Part shown: positions 48,410 through 57,856 of the stretch, one piece after another
How the letters are laid out: every line of letters begins with the position of its first letter
Position numbering within the stretch: position 1 is the first letter of the stretch
Assembly (NCBI GenBank): GCA_028707455.1
Contig: JAQWAY010000003.1
Coordinates: forward strand, 31,515 to 90,694
DNA: 59,180 bases
Reading direction: 5' to 3'
DNA from: Bacilli bacterium
Lineage (GTDB): Bacteria > Bacillota_I > Bacilli_A > RF39 > UBA660
Made by a program: the position numbers and the translations under genes
The notes under the pieces: model-generated
Database searches by the model: none
What the model saw: only the letters and a program-made list of their open reading frames with translations
What the model was told of the DNA's origin: nothing

Positions 48410-49045
48410 CTACTCCTTTAAACTCTTACGTATTTTTTTGTAATTGGGAATGTATTTTTCAACACATAACCAAAATGATTTTGAATGATCAAAGTGAATA
48501 AAATGAACTAATTCATGAACAATAACATAATCTAATTTATCCACTGTCTCTCTTAATAAATTAGTATTAATCGTTATTGAATTATCTCTTTTATTACACA
48601 CACCCCATCTTGTTTTCATAACTCTTAACTTTAATTTAGGATATGGTATTTCTTCTTCTATTTTTTGATAAAGATAATCAAGTCTTTCTTTAAATAAATT
48701 TAAAGCTTCTCCCTTATACCATTTATTTAAGTCTTTAATACTTTTAGTATAGATCTTATTATCATGAATAATTACCTTATCATAAGTTGGAACAATAATT
48801 ATATCATATTTTTTTCCTAAATAATAAAATTCATCTTTCTTTTCTAACTCGCGATTTCTTTTTTCAATCATGTCTTTTAAATAAGTTTGATTACGATCTA
48901 ATAAATCTTTAATATATTTCTTCGACACTAAGTAATTAGTGGTAACTAATATTGTTTTATCCTCTTTTACTCTTATATATGAATTCTTATTGTTTTTTTT
49001 AACAATATTCACATTATAATAAATACCATCTAGTTTGTACTTCAT
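48410..49045 (-). CDS. M48-related metal-dependent hydrolase, YgjP/DUF45 family
   Basis: HELVHFIHFDHSKSFW (HExxH...H) near the C-terminus. Size about 210 aa. Confidence 0.7.
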   Translation of the reverse strand: MKYKLDGIYYNVNIVKKNNKNSYIRVKEDKTILVTTNYLVSKKYIKDLLDRNQTYLKDMIEKRNRELEKKDEFYYLGKKYDIIIVPTYDKVIIHDNKIYTKSIKDLNKWYKGEALNLFKERLDYLYQKIEEEIPYPKLKLRVMKTRWGVCNKRDNSITINTNLLRETVDKLDYVIVHELVHFIHFDHSKSFWLCVEKYIPNYKKIRKSLKE

Positions 49046-49053
49046 TCAATATT

Positions 49054-49935
49054 TTACCTTATCCCTAGTTTATAAGATCTTCTAACACACTTTTTAATAG
49101 CTTTATTTAAAATACTACTGTACTTATTACTAAATACTTTATTATCTAATTTATCAACTCTTAAAACTAATCCATAATATAAATAGTCTTTCTTCTGGGT
49201 GTCATTTAATTTAAAATCATTAAATTTTGTTAAGTAATTTTTAAAAGCCATCCATTTATGGTAATCTTCATTAGCTTCTTTAGTTCTCTTATAGATATTG
49301 AAAAAGTATACTTGAAGAAAGTAAGCTGGAATTAACATTAAAAAGCCACTAACTAAATAATAACCACTAATTATATTGATAGCAAATAAAACAATGGCAA
49401 TAATTTTATATAATTTTATTTTTGAATAAAATGTTTTAGTTTCATAATAGTTATTAACATTACTTTCTTTTCTTATTATTTTTAGCCATATTTGGTAATT
49501 CAATAAAAATTCCGAACTATTTCGATTGCTTTCACAATACTTATTAATGGCTGAAAAAGAAATTCTATTATTATCACCCATATTTTCAAGAAACATAGAA
49601 ATTATAAATTTATCACTTGCCCCTAATTTATTAACATTAACACCACTATTTAAACTAATAATATAATCATTTTGAGTTTCTTCTAATTTTAAGATTCCTT
49701 TATTTATTAGTGAAATAATGGTCGCTGTTATAACTTCAGGTACGATCTTACGATATAGCAACATACTTAATTGACCTGCTGTTTTATTACTTGGAGTTTT
49801 ATCATAATAATAACTTTTAAAGTCAGGTTTATGCTCTAAACTGTTGAAAAGTGATAAATGAATTATAAGCAATATAAAAAGCAAGTACCAAAAAACTAAA
49901 ATATTATAAAATATAGCTTCATAACCGCTCATCAT
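49054..49935 (-). CDS. Hypothetical membrane protein, possibly related to the DUF2207 C-terminal region
   Basis: TM helix, then ...AGQLSMLLYRKIVPEVITATIISLINKGILKLEE resembling the DUF2207 motif, then two more TM helices. Confidence 0.35.
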   Translation of the reverse strand: MMSGYEAIFYNILVFWYLLFILLIIHLSLFNSLEHKPDFKSYYYDKTPSNKTAGQLSMLLYRKIVPEVITATIISLINKGILKLEETQNDYIISLNSGVNVNKLGASDKFIISMFLENMGDNNRISFSAINKYCESNRNSSEFLLNYQIWLKIIRKESNVNNYYETKTFYSKIKLYKIIAIVLFAINIISGYYLVSGFLMLIPAYFLQVYFFNIYKRTKEANEDYHKWMAFKNYLTKFNDFKLNDTQKKDYLYYGLVLRVDKLDNKVFSNKYSSILNKAIKKCVRRSYKLGIR

Positions 49936-50009
49936 ACCACCTCATATTCTATAATTATTTTACCATATATTTTGTTATTTTAAAAGAAAAAAAGATGATA
50001 ACATCTTTT

Positions 50010-51494
50010 TTATACTAACATACTTAATATAAGTGCAACTATTAAAATTACTGCTAATACTTGGATTAAAAATTTCCAAATATATTTTAACCAATCTTTA
50101 TATGAAATATCGCATAAACTTAATCCAGCAAGTAAAATCATACTAGTTGGTAAGAATAATAGCATTAATCCATGGACTGATTGGAAAACAATTGCTAATA
50201 CTGAATAAAATTCAACATCTGTCCAAGCAGCTTGAATTGGTCCCATTACATTAGTTAGTAAATAATAGAAATCATTAAAGAAGAAACTTCCAAATGCTGA
50301 TGCAAGTGTTGTTGCAAAAACATTAACTCCTTCAGATAAACCTGTAATGTAATTAGTGATGGTAATTGCTATATTACCAGTTTGAGCATTAATCATAATA
50401 GTAAATATAACATTTGCTAAAATAACTAATAAAGCAGGTTTAAGTACTTTTTTAGCACCTTCACCAAATGAAGATAATATTTCATCAAATTTAATATTGT
50501 AAATCCAACCTAATAATAATGATGCTATTACAATTATTAATGCTGTTTCATAACTTCCCCAATATCCTAGTGGTGTTAGTGAACTACCTAAAATATTAGA
50601 TAAAATTGGAATATCACCAATAGCAATTTCAGATAAACTATTATATAAATCTGTAAAATATGTCATTTTAAAAGTTAAATACCAATTATATGTACCAACT
50701 AATAAGATTAGTATTGTTAAATCGATAACAATCATTAAAGGCCAAAAACTCTTTTTATTACCAGCCTTTTCTTCATATAAAGGTTTTTCAACTTTAACCT
50801 TTTCAGAAGTTTTCTTTTCTGTAGCAGTAGTCTTTTTACTACCTTTTTTAGTACCTTCAGTTTTTTCTTCACTAGTTGTTTCAATTACTTCTTTTTTAGT
50901 TCTACTTAAAACAAACATAATAAGTAAGAATGTTAAGATAATTAATAAAACAAACTTAGCAAGAATATCAGTATGTACTCCTAAACTAAGGAAATATAAA
51001 CTGTAGCCACTACTCATACCATATGTACTACCTGCCATACCAACTAAGATTGCTCCTACAGTTGAAGCGATAGCTGTTAATTTACTAAATCCTAATGATA
51101 AAATAACTGTAATTAATAAAGGAACAGCAATAAATAGTGCCCATGGTAATCCAGTTAAAGATGCTAATAATGATAAAACAGAAATAACAATTACTAGAAA
51201 TCTCTTTTCATTTTTCTTAGCTAATTTAACTAAATAATCAACTAACTTAGAATAAACGCCAGTCTTATTAACTACTCCATAAAAACCACCAATTGCTAAA
51301 ATAATTATTCCATATTGAATAAAAGTAGCCATTGTAATTAATGGATAATATACTAAATCAATTAATCCTACTGGTTTAATCGTACCTTTCGTTAATTCTC
51401 CTGAACTAAACGATGCTACTGGAATGATCCAACTTAAAATGACAAAAATTAGAAATACTATTCCAATAGTTTTTAACAAATTATGCTTTTTCAT
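50010..51494 (-). CDS. Multi-pass membrane transporter, possibly YfcC/DcuC-like ion-transporter superfamily
   Basis: 494 aa, more than 10 TM. N-terminus resembles YfcC-type carriers. Contains a charged low-complexity loop. Confidence 0.4.
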   Translation of the reverse strand: MKKHNLLKTIGIVFLIFVILSWIIPVASFSSGELTKGTIKPVGLIDLVYYPLITMATFIQYGIIILAIGGFYGVVNKTGVYSKLVDYLVKLAKKNEKRFLVIVISVLSLLASLTGLPWALFIAVPLLITVILSLGFSKLTAIASTVGAILVGMAGSTYGMSSGYSLYFLSLGVHTDILAKFVLLIILTFLLIMFVLSRTKKEVIETTSEEKTEGTKKGSKKTTATEKKTSEKVKVEKPLYEEKAGNKKSFWPLMIVIDLTILILLVGTYNWYLTFKMTYFTDLYNSLSEIAIGDIPILSNILGSSLTPLGYWGSYETALIIVIASLLLGWIYNIKFDEILSSFGEGAKKVLKPALLVILANVIFTIMINAQTGNIAITITNYITGLSEGVNVFATTLASAFGSFFFNDFYYLLTNVMGPIQAAWTDVEFYSVLAIVFQSVHGLMLLFLPTSMILLAGLSLCDISYKDWLKYIWKFLIQVLAVILIVALILSMLV

Positions 51495-51556
51495 TTTCTA
51501 CCTCCACCATAATTATACCATCTATAAAACAAAATACAAATATTTTTAGTTATTTT

Positions 51557-51586
51557 TTCACTATTTTTACACATTAATGTTATAAT
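51557..51586 (+). promoter_or_regulatory. Putative promoter (TTCACT-18 nt-TGtTATAAT, extended -10)
   Basis: TATAAT at 51581-51586, preceded by TGT. The ATG is 20 nt downstream. Confidence 0.4.
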
Positions 51587-51605
51587 ATATAAATTGAGGT
51601 GAATT

Positions 51606-52535
51606 ATGAACCCTTTTAAGTATAGTTATAATAATAAAAGATATCATACCTTAGATTATCATTATAAAAGTTTATTTAATAGTAAGGTCTTTAAAATTAG
51701 TTTAAATGCAGGTTTTAGTTGCCCTAATCTAGATGGTAAAGTTGGTACTAGAGGTTGTATATATTGCTCTAAAACAGGTAGTGGTGAATATGCTGGTGAT
51801 ATAAAAAAAGATTTATTAACTCAATTTGAAGATGGTAGAATGTTAATGAGTAAATGGAACGGTAAATATATTGCTTATTTTCAAGCACACACTAATACTT
51901 ATGCACCATTAGAAGTACTAAAAGAAAAATATGAGCTATTTTTAAATAAAGAAAATGTTATAGGTATCACAATCGCAACTAGACCTGATGCTATTAATGA
52001 TGAATGTTTAGAATATTTAAGTGAATTAAATAAAAAAACTTTTCTTACGATTGAACTTGGACTTCAAACAATTCATGAAACAACATCTAATTTAATAAAT
52101 CGCTGTCATACTTTAAATCAATTTGAAACAATGGTTAAAAGACTACGAAAAGAAAATATTAATGTTGTTGTTCATATAATAAATGGCCTACCTTATGAAA
52201 CGAAAGACATGATGTTAGAAACGGTTAAATATCTAAATACCCTAGATATTCAAGGAATTAAAATACATATGCTTTTTATATTAAAAAATACTGTTTTAAA
52301 TAATTTATATCAAAAAGAAAAATTTCACCTGTTAACGAAAGAGGAATATATTGATATTGTTTGTGAACAATTAGAATTATTAAATCCTAAAATTGTTATT
52401 CATCGAATCACAGGAGATCCTGCTATTAAAGACTTAGTTGAACCTAAATGGTTAATTAAAAAGACTATTTTATTAAATGATATCGATAAAGAATTAGTAA
52501 GAAGAAATACTTATCAAGGAAAAAAAGTATTGTAA
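51606..52535 (+). CDS. TIGR01212-family radical SAM protein (YtqA/YhcC-like)
   Basis: FSCPNLDG..G..GCIYC cluster motif and about 310 aa length. Confidence 0.8.
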   Translation: MNPFKYSYNNKRYHTLDYHYKSLFNSKVFKISLNAGFSCPNLDGKVGTRGCIYCSKTGSGEYAGDIKKDLLTQFEDGRMLMSKWNGKYIAYFQAHTNTYAPLEVLKEKYELFLNKENVIGITIATRPDAINDECLEYLSELNKKTFLTIELGLQTIHETTSNLINRCHTLNQFETMVKRLRKENINVVVHIINGLPYETKDMMLETVKYLNTLDIQGIKIHMLFILKNTVLNNLYQKEKFHLLTKEEYIDIVCEQLELLNPKIVIHRITGDPAIKDLVEPKWLIKKTILLNDIDKELVRRNTYQGKKVL

Positions 52536-52544
52536 AATACTTTT

Positions 52545-53387
52545 TTATTCTTCTAATAATTCTATTAAGTTAACTATTTTTAAATCTTTAGATTCAATAT
52601 AATTAATAATTAATTCTAGTTCTCGTTCTATACTGCTATTAACCTGGAATGCAATCATGCTTCCTGAGGCTAATTTATCTTTTACTTCAATTAAAGGATA
52701 ATTATTAACGACAATATTAGGAGCTACAGTATAATTTTTATTTTGAGAACATGTTTCTAAATCTTTTTTGTTATCAGTTTTATAACAGAAAAGTTTTTTT
52801 TGTTTTCCAATCTTTTTAATGATTGTATCCATCCAAATATATTCACTACTTTGATAATCAAAATCACTACCTAAATTACCAATATTATGTCCCTGTTCTA
52901 TTAAACTTATGGTTAGACCATTATTATTACTAAACCATTCACTAGTTATAAAAAAGTTCCCTTTAATTTTCTTTTTATTTAAAATTGATAAAACCTTATT
53001 TATATCATCATTATTATTTACTATAAATATTAAACTAACCATTTTATGATTTTTATTTCCTCTAATAATATATTTATCATAATTATCACTTAAACTAACC
53101 TCAGGTTTTGTTTTTTTATAAACTAAAAGATTATGATGATATTGACCTAAGCGACGCATTTTTTGATAACTTTTATCAACATCAATTTCTCGACCATAGA
53201 TTCCAGGAATAATGGTATCACCATCAATAATAGCACTAGTGGGTTCAAGTTGATATAAATTTTGTTCCTCTTTAATTTGAATCATTATATCATCTAGTTC
53301 TTTAACCACACTAACTGTTTTTTCTGTGTAAAAAAAACTAAACCCAACTAAACAAATCATCCCGATATATTGAAAAAACTTCTTCAT
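52545..53387 (-). CDS. Polysaccharide-deacetylase (NodB)-like protein with degenerate catalytic motifs (PdaB/SwsB-like)
   Basis: N-terminal anchor. Contains ...IKGNFFITSEW...EQGHNIGNLG... The NodB fold signature is present, but TFDD and H(S/T)xxH are not conserved. Confidence 0.5.
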   Translation of the reverse strand: MKKFFQYIGMICLVGFSFFYTEKTVSVVKELDDIMIQIKEEQNLYQLEPTSAIIDGDTIIPGIYGREIDVDKSYQKMRRLGQYHHNLLVYKKTKPEVSLSDNYDKYIIRGNKNHKMVSLIFIVNNNDDINKVLSILNKKKIKGNFFITSEWFSNNNGLTISLIEQGHNIGNLGSDFDYQSSEYIWMDTIIKKIGKQKKLFCYKTDNKKDLETCSQNKNYTVAPNIVVNNYPLIEVKDKLASGSMIAFQVNSSIERELELIINYIESKDLKIVNLIELLEE

Positions 53388-53456
53388 TTTATCACCTATT
53401 TAAATATATGAAAAAGTTATTTATTTTTAACTTAATATTGTGTTTTTATTAACATC

Positions 53457-53483
53457 ACTTTTTTAGGGCTTTGTCATACTATA
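53457..53483 (+). promoter_or_regulatory. Mother-cell-type (sigma-K/sigma-E-like) promoter: AC-16 nt-CATACTATA
   Basis: AC at 53457-53458. CATACTATA at 53475-53483 fits CATA---TA. About 20 nt upstream of the RBS AGGAGG. Confidence 0.35.
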
Positions 53484-53502
53484 TTATGAAAGGAGGAAAA
53501 AT

Positions 53503-53733
53503 ATGTATAATAGTAATCCAAGTACATATTATCCTTACAATGATGATGATCGCATTACGGGAGGATTTATTGGACCATTTTTACTTGGTGGATTAGCAGG
53601 AAGTTTACTAACACCAAACTACGGAAGACCTTACTATCCGTATTATCAACCATATTATCCACCATATTACCCTGTATATCCTAGATATCCGAGATACCCT
53701 AGATATCCAAGATATCCAAGATATTACCGTTAG
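53503..53733 (+). CDS. Small Pro/Tyr-rich repeat protein (possible spore-coat-like component)
   Basis: 76 aa. Strong RBS AAAGGAGG. Gly-rich hydrophobic centre, then a (Y-P-x) run ending YPRYPRYPRYPRYPRYYR. Own terminator. Confidence 0.6.
   Translation: MYNSNPSTYYPYNDDDRITGGFIGPFLLGGLAGSLLTPNYGRPYYPYYQPYYPPYYPVYPRYPRYPRYPRYPRYYR
53677..53721 (+). repeat. Five tandem 9-nt repeats (TAYCCNAGA) encoding (YPR)5
   Basis: tatcctaga tatccgaga taccctaga tatccaaga tatccaaga, read directly. Confidence 0.9.
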
Positions 53734-53759
53734 AAACAAAGTATTAACTTTGTTTTTTT
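53734..53759 (+). terminator. Intrinsic terminator of the Pro/Tyr-rich gene
   Basis: Hairpin AAACAAAGT-ATTAA-CTTTGTTT plus a T-run. Confidence 0.7.
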
Positions 53760-53767
53760 ATTTATAA

Positions 53768-53793
53768 ATTAAAAAGAAGCTTATTTAGCTTCT
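53768..53793 (-). terminator. Intrinsic terminator of rny (overlaps the stop codon)
   Basis: Hairpin AGAAGCT-AAATA-AGCTTCT plus UUUUU. Confidence 0.55.
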
Positions 53794-55334
53794 TCTAAGG
53801 CTCTCGTTTCTCTAATAACAATAACTTTAATAGTACCAGGATATTGCATCTCTTCTTCAATACGATTTTTAATATCACGAGCAATCTTATAACTACCTAA
53901 ATCATCAACCTTATCTGGTTTAACAATAACACGTAATTCACGACCTGCTTGTACTGCGAAAGTATTAGCTACCCCTTCCATACTATTAGCAATATTTTCT
54001 AATTCTTCAAGACGTTTAATATAGTTTTCTAAAGAATCATTACGAGCACCTGGACGAGACGCTGATAAAGCATCTGCAATTGCAACTAAAGCCGAAATAA
54101 TATTAGTTGCTTCCGTATCACCATGATGTGATTCAATAGCATTAATGACAACTTCATGTTCTTTATATTTTTTAGCCAAATCACTACCTAAAGTAACATG
54201 ACTTCCTTCAACTTCATGATCAATAGCTTTCCCTATATCATGTAATAAACCCGCTCTTTTAGCTAATCCAACATTTTCACCTATTTCAGCTGCCATAATA
54301 CCAGCTAAATGAGCTACTTCAATGGAATGTTGTAATGCATTTTGTCCATAACTAGTTCTGAAATGTAATTTACCAAGTAAACTAACTAATTCAGAATCTA
54401 CTTTAGTAACACCAAGTTCAAATAATGCGTTTTCTCCGTATTCAATAACTTTGCTATGCATTTCTTTAGAAATCTTATCGTATATTTCTTCAATACGAGC
54501 TGGATGTATACGACCATCTTTTACTAAAGTATCGATGGTATTGTGAGCAATTTGTCTTCGATATGGGTCAAAACTTGATATAACAATTGTTTCTGGGGTA
54601 TCATCAATTATTAAATCAACACCAGTAACTGCTTCAATCGTACGAATATTACGACCTTCACGACCAATAATTCTGCCTTTCATATCATCATTCGGTAATG
54701 TAACTACTGACACTGTTTGTTCACTAGCAACATCTCCTGCATATTTTTGCATTGCTGAAACTAACATAGCTTTAGCTTTCTTATCTACTTCTAACTTCGA
54801 TTCATTTTCACGATCTTTAATATATGCTGTTATTTCTAAATCCATCATTTCTTCAACTTTTTTCAAAACTAAAGCCTTAGCTTCTTCCTTAGAATAACCT
54901 GCAATTTGTTCTAATAATGCAATTTGTTCATTCTTAATTTCTTCCGTTTTTTCTTGCTCTTTTTGAATCTCTCTTTGTTTTTCAATTATACTATTTTCTT
55001 TTTCTTCCAACATTGTTTCACGGTTTTGAAGAGTTTGATCACGTCGATCAATATTCCCCTCACGTGTAAGCAAACGTTCTTCAGATTCTTTTACTTCTTG
55101 TTTTTTCTCTTTGATTTCTTTATCAGTTTCAACTTTTAATTTATGTGCCTCTTCTTTAGCTTCTAATAAATAATCCCTTTTAATTTTATCAGCATCTTTT
55201 TTAGCTTTTTCAAGCATTAAATCAGCCTTTTTTGATATTAAGGTTCCTCTAATATAATTTAAAACTAGTATCAATATAATTCCAATAAAAATTCCAATTA
55301 AAACAAGTAAAACGGAGAAAATAACATCGTTCAT
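53781..55334 (-). CDS. rny: Ribonuclease Y
   Basis: 517 aa. N-terminal TM, coiled coil, KH domain, HD domain (LLHDIGKA). Confidence 0.95.
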   Translation of the reverse strand: MNDVIFSVLLVLIGIFIGIILILVLNYIRGTLISKKADLMLEKAKKDADKIKRDYLLEAKEEAHKLKVETDKEIKEKKQEVKESEERLLTREGNIDRRDQTLQNRETMLEEKENSIIEKQREIQKEQEKTEEIKNEQIALLEQIAGYSKEEAKALVLKKVEEMMDLEITAYIKDRENESKLEVDKKAKAMLVSAMQKYAGDVASEQTVSVVTLPNDDMKGRIIGREGRNIRTIEAVTGVDLIIDDTPETIVISSFDPYRRQIAHNTIDTLVKDGRIHPARIEEIYDKISKEMHSKVIEYGENALFELGVTKVDSELVSLLGKLHFRTSYGQNALQHSIEVAHLAGIMAAEIGENVGLAKRAGLLHDIGKAIDHEVEGSHVTLGSDLAKKYKEHEVVINAIESHHGDTEATNIISALVAIADALSASRPGARNDSLENYIKRLEELENIANSMEGVANTFAVQAGRELRVIVKPDKVDDLGSYKIARDIKNRIEEEMQYPGTIKVIVIRETRALEEAK

Positions 55335-55397
55335 AATATTACCTCCATCTACTATTAATTTTTTATAAAGTAAAATAAATTATTTCACCCTACTATC

Positions 55398-55426
55398 ATT
55401 TTAATGTTTATAGTATAATAAGTCAA
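55398..55426 (-). promoter_or_regulatory. Sigma-A promoter for rny (TTGACT-17 nt-TAAAAT)
   Basis: rc of 55421-55426 is TTGACT and rc of 55398-55403 is TAAAAT. Confidence 0.5.
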
Positions 55427-55430
55427 GTAA

Positions 55431-55458
55431 AAAAATGATATTTAAAAAATATCATTTT
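55431..55458 (-). terminator. Intrinsic terminator of recA
   Basis: Hairpin AAATGATATT-TTTT-AAATATCATTT plus a U-run. Confidence 0.6.
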
Positions 55459-55464
55459 ACATTA

Positions 55465-56514
55465 TTACGCTTCTTTTTCAGTTTCTTTTTTAGTTTCATT
55501 TTTCTTACTAGCTTTGTAATGATCCCTTATTTTAGTTTCGAGTTCTTCTTTTAATTTTACATTGTTCTTTAACAATTCCTTAACATTTTCTTTACCTTGA
55601 CCAACCTTTTCACCTTTATAAGAATACCATGCACCACTTTTATCTAAAATACTAAGTTCACTAGCAATATCAACAATTTCGCCTTCACGAGATACACCTT
55701 CACCATACATAATGTCAACAACACAGGTTTTAAATGGTGGAGCCATTTTATTTTTAACTACTTTTATATTGGTTTTATTTCCCATAATATCTGTTCCTGA
55801 TTTAATTTGTTCAGATCTTCTAATATCTAAACGAATTGATGAATAAAACTTTAACGCTCTTCCACCAGGTGTAACTTCAGGATTACCAAACATAACCCCA
55901 ACCTTTTCTCTTAATTGATTAATAAATATTGCAATGGTATTAGTCTTACTAATAATACCTGATAATTTTCTTAATGCTTGACTCATTAATCTAGCTTGTA
56001 ACCCAATATGTGAATCACCCATTTCACCTTCAATTTCAGCTTGTGGAACTAAAGCTGCAACTGAGTCAATAACAACCACTCCAACTGCTCCACTTCTCAC
56101 TAAGGCTTCACAAATCTCTAAAGCTTGTTCACCATTATCCGGTTGAGATAATAATAATTCATTAATGTTTACACCTAATTTAGCTGCATATTGTGGATCT
56201 AAAGAATGCTCTGCATCAATAAAAGCAGCTCTCCCACCCTTTTTTTGAACTTCAGCAATTGCATGTAATGCAATTGTTGTTTTCCCACTAGATTCAGGTC
56301 CATATATTTCTATTATTCTTCCTTTAGGATAACCACCTATTCCTAATGCCACATCAAGACTTATTGACCCACTAGAAACAACATCTATTTCAGTTTGCTT
56401 ATTATCTCCTAATTTCATTACTGAACCTTTTCCAAATTGTTTTTCAATATCAAGTAAAACTTGTTCTAATTTTTTATCGTTATCTGTTTTTTTATCAGTA
56501 GCCGTACTAGCCAT
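55465..56514 (-). CDS. recA: Recombinase RecA
   Basis: GPESSGKTT Walker A and the overall highly conserved RecA sequence. Confidence 0.97.
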   Translation of the reverse strand: MASTATDKKTDNDKKLEQVLLDIEKQFGKGSVMKLGDNKQTEIDVVSSGSISLDVALGIGGYPKGRIIEIYGPESSGKTTIALHAIAEVQKKGGRAAFIDAEHSLDPQYAAKLGVNINELLLSQPDNGEQALEICEALVRSGAVGVVVIDSVAALVPQAEIEGEMGDSHIGLQARLMSQALRKLSGIISKTNTIAIFINQLREKVGVMFGNPEVTPGGRALKFYSSIRLDIRRSEQIKSGTDIMGNKTNIKVVKNKMAPPFKTCVVDIMYGEGVSREGEIVDIASELSILDKSGAWYSYKGEKVGQGKENVKELLKNNVKLKEELETKIRDHYKASKKNETKKETEKEA

Positions 56515-56543
56515 TGTGTATTCCTCCTCACATCTACAATATA

Positions 56544-56572
56544 ATTGTATACTATCTTAAACATATTGTCAA
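56544..56572 (-). promoter_or_regulatory. Sigma-A promoter for recA (TTGACA-17 nt-TACAAT)
   Basis: rc of 56567-56572 is TTGACA and rc of 56544-56549 is TACAAT. Confidence 0.55.
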
Positions 56573-56581
56573 TACCTAAAA

Positions 56582-56595
56582 CGAACAATTGTTTG
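56582..56595. promoter_or_regulatory. LexA/DinR SOS box (Cheo box) CGAACAATTGTTTG
   Basis: Near-match to the Firmicute consensus CGAAC-N4-GTTCG, located just upstream of the recA -35. Confidence 0.6.
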
Positions 56596-56698
56596 TGTAT
56601 TTTTGGATGTTATTTTTTATTGTTTTTAGGTATTTGTATGACAATAAATAAGAATATACAAAACTTATTTTCCATTAATTTATAATCATATTTTTTAA

Positions 56699-56727
56699 TT
56701 AAAAAAGCCTAATACAATATTAGGCTT
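56699..56727 (-). terminator. Intrinsic terminator of pgsA
   Basis: Hairpin AGCCTAAT-(5 nt)-ATTAGGCT plus a U-run, 25 nt after the pgsA stop. Confidence 0.6.
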
Positions 56728-56751
56728 TTCTTTTGTAAAAACTTTGCAAAA

Positions 56752-57345
56752 TTATTTTTCAAAAATTAATTGTTTGTTCATTTGATAATATTGGATACCA
56801 GATATTACCGATAAAACCGTTGCTATGAGTAATAATAAATCAGCAACTTTTAGATTCCATAATTCAAAAGGTAAATTATAGAATAAGGTTAATACTATAC
56901 CAGTCATTAAGCAAGCAGTTTTAAGTTTACCACTCTTAATAGCAGCAACTACTTTACCTTTACTACCTGCAACCATCTTAATTGAATTAACAACACTATC
57001 TCTTACAATAACGACAACTGGAATAATTGGATGAATAACACCTTGAGATGCTAAAATAATTAAAACTGAGTTAACTAATATTTTATCAGCTATAGCATCA
57101 ATCATTTTTCCAAAATCCGTTACTAAGTTATATTTACGTGCAATATAACCATCAAAGAAATCAGTAAGCGATGCAATTATAAATAATACTCCGGCAATTA
57201 AATAAGTAATATTTACAACAATTGATTCATTCACAAATAATTCTGGTAATTCAATTCCTGTTGCATCAAATGGAAATAATAAAATAGCAATAATTGCTAG
57301 TGACAAGATAATTCTTAACATTGTCAATTTGTTTGGTAAATTCAT
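56752..57345 (-). CDS. pgsA: CDP-diacylglycerol--glycerol-3-phosphate 3-phosphatidyltransferase
   Basis: D(F)FDGYIAR....T.FGK..D.IADK CDP-alcohol phosphatidyltransferase motif. Confidence 0.9.
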   Translation of the reverse strand: MNLPNKLTMLRIILSLAIIAILLFPFDATGIELPELFVNESIVVNITYLIAGVLFIIASLTDFFDGYIARKYNLVTDFGKMIDAIADKILVNSVLIILASQGVIHPIIPVVVIVRDSVVNSIKMVAGSKGKVVAAIKSGKLKTACLMTGIVLTLFYNLPFELWNLKVADLLLLIATVLSVISGIQYYQMNKQLIFEK

Positions 57346-57360
57346 ATTCTTCCTCCTACA

Positions 57361-57840
57361 TTACATATTAACCATTGAAAATTTTTCTTCAATAAAGTCA
57401 TCGCTACTGGCTAATTGAACAATAAAATATCCAATAATTATTAAAAGTAATACAATAAAAACATATATAATAAACGATGGTATATTAATTTTTTTGTTGT
57501 TTGTTAACGTATATGGAGAAGCAATTTTTTTAACTGGTTCAGCATTTTTTTCTTTACTTTTTTTCTTAGCTTTCTTTATATCTTCTAAAGATATCTTAGA
57601 AGTATAATCAAACAAGTATTCGTTAAACTCATCAACCATTTCTTCATAAGGCAAACCTAAATATTTAGCATAATCTCTGATGAAGTATTTTAAATAAAAA
57701 ATGTCTTTAAAAGACTCAATGTTACCTTCTTCAATACTTTCGATTTGAGAAGGTCTCATTTTTAAATCTTCAGCGACTTCTTCAACAGTAATACCAATAC
57801 TATCTCTAGCTTCCTTAAGTTTTTCTCCAATTTCTTTCAA
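57361..57840 (-). CDS. rodZ: RodZ/YmfM-like HTH (XRE) membrane protein, TTG start
   Basis: N-terminal HTH (IGEKLKEARDSIGITVEEVAEDLKMR), one TM. Position upstream of pgsA as for B. subtilis ymfM. Confidence 0.6.
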   Translation of the reverse strand: MKEIGEKLKEARDSIGITVEEVAEDLKMRPSQIESIEEGNIESFKDIFYLKYFIRDYAKYLGLPYEEMVDEFNEYLFDYTSKISLEDIKKAKKKSKEKNAEPVKKIASPYTLTNNKKINIPSFIIYVFIVLLLIIIGYFIVQLASSDDFIEEKFSMVNM

Positions 57841-57856
57841 TTTAACACCACCTTAA

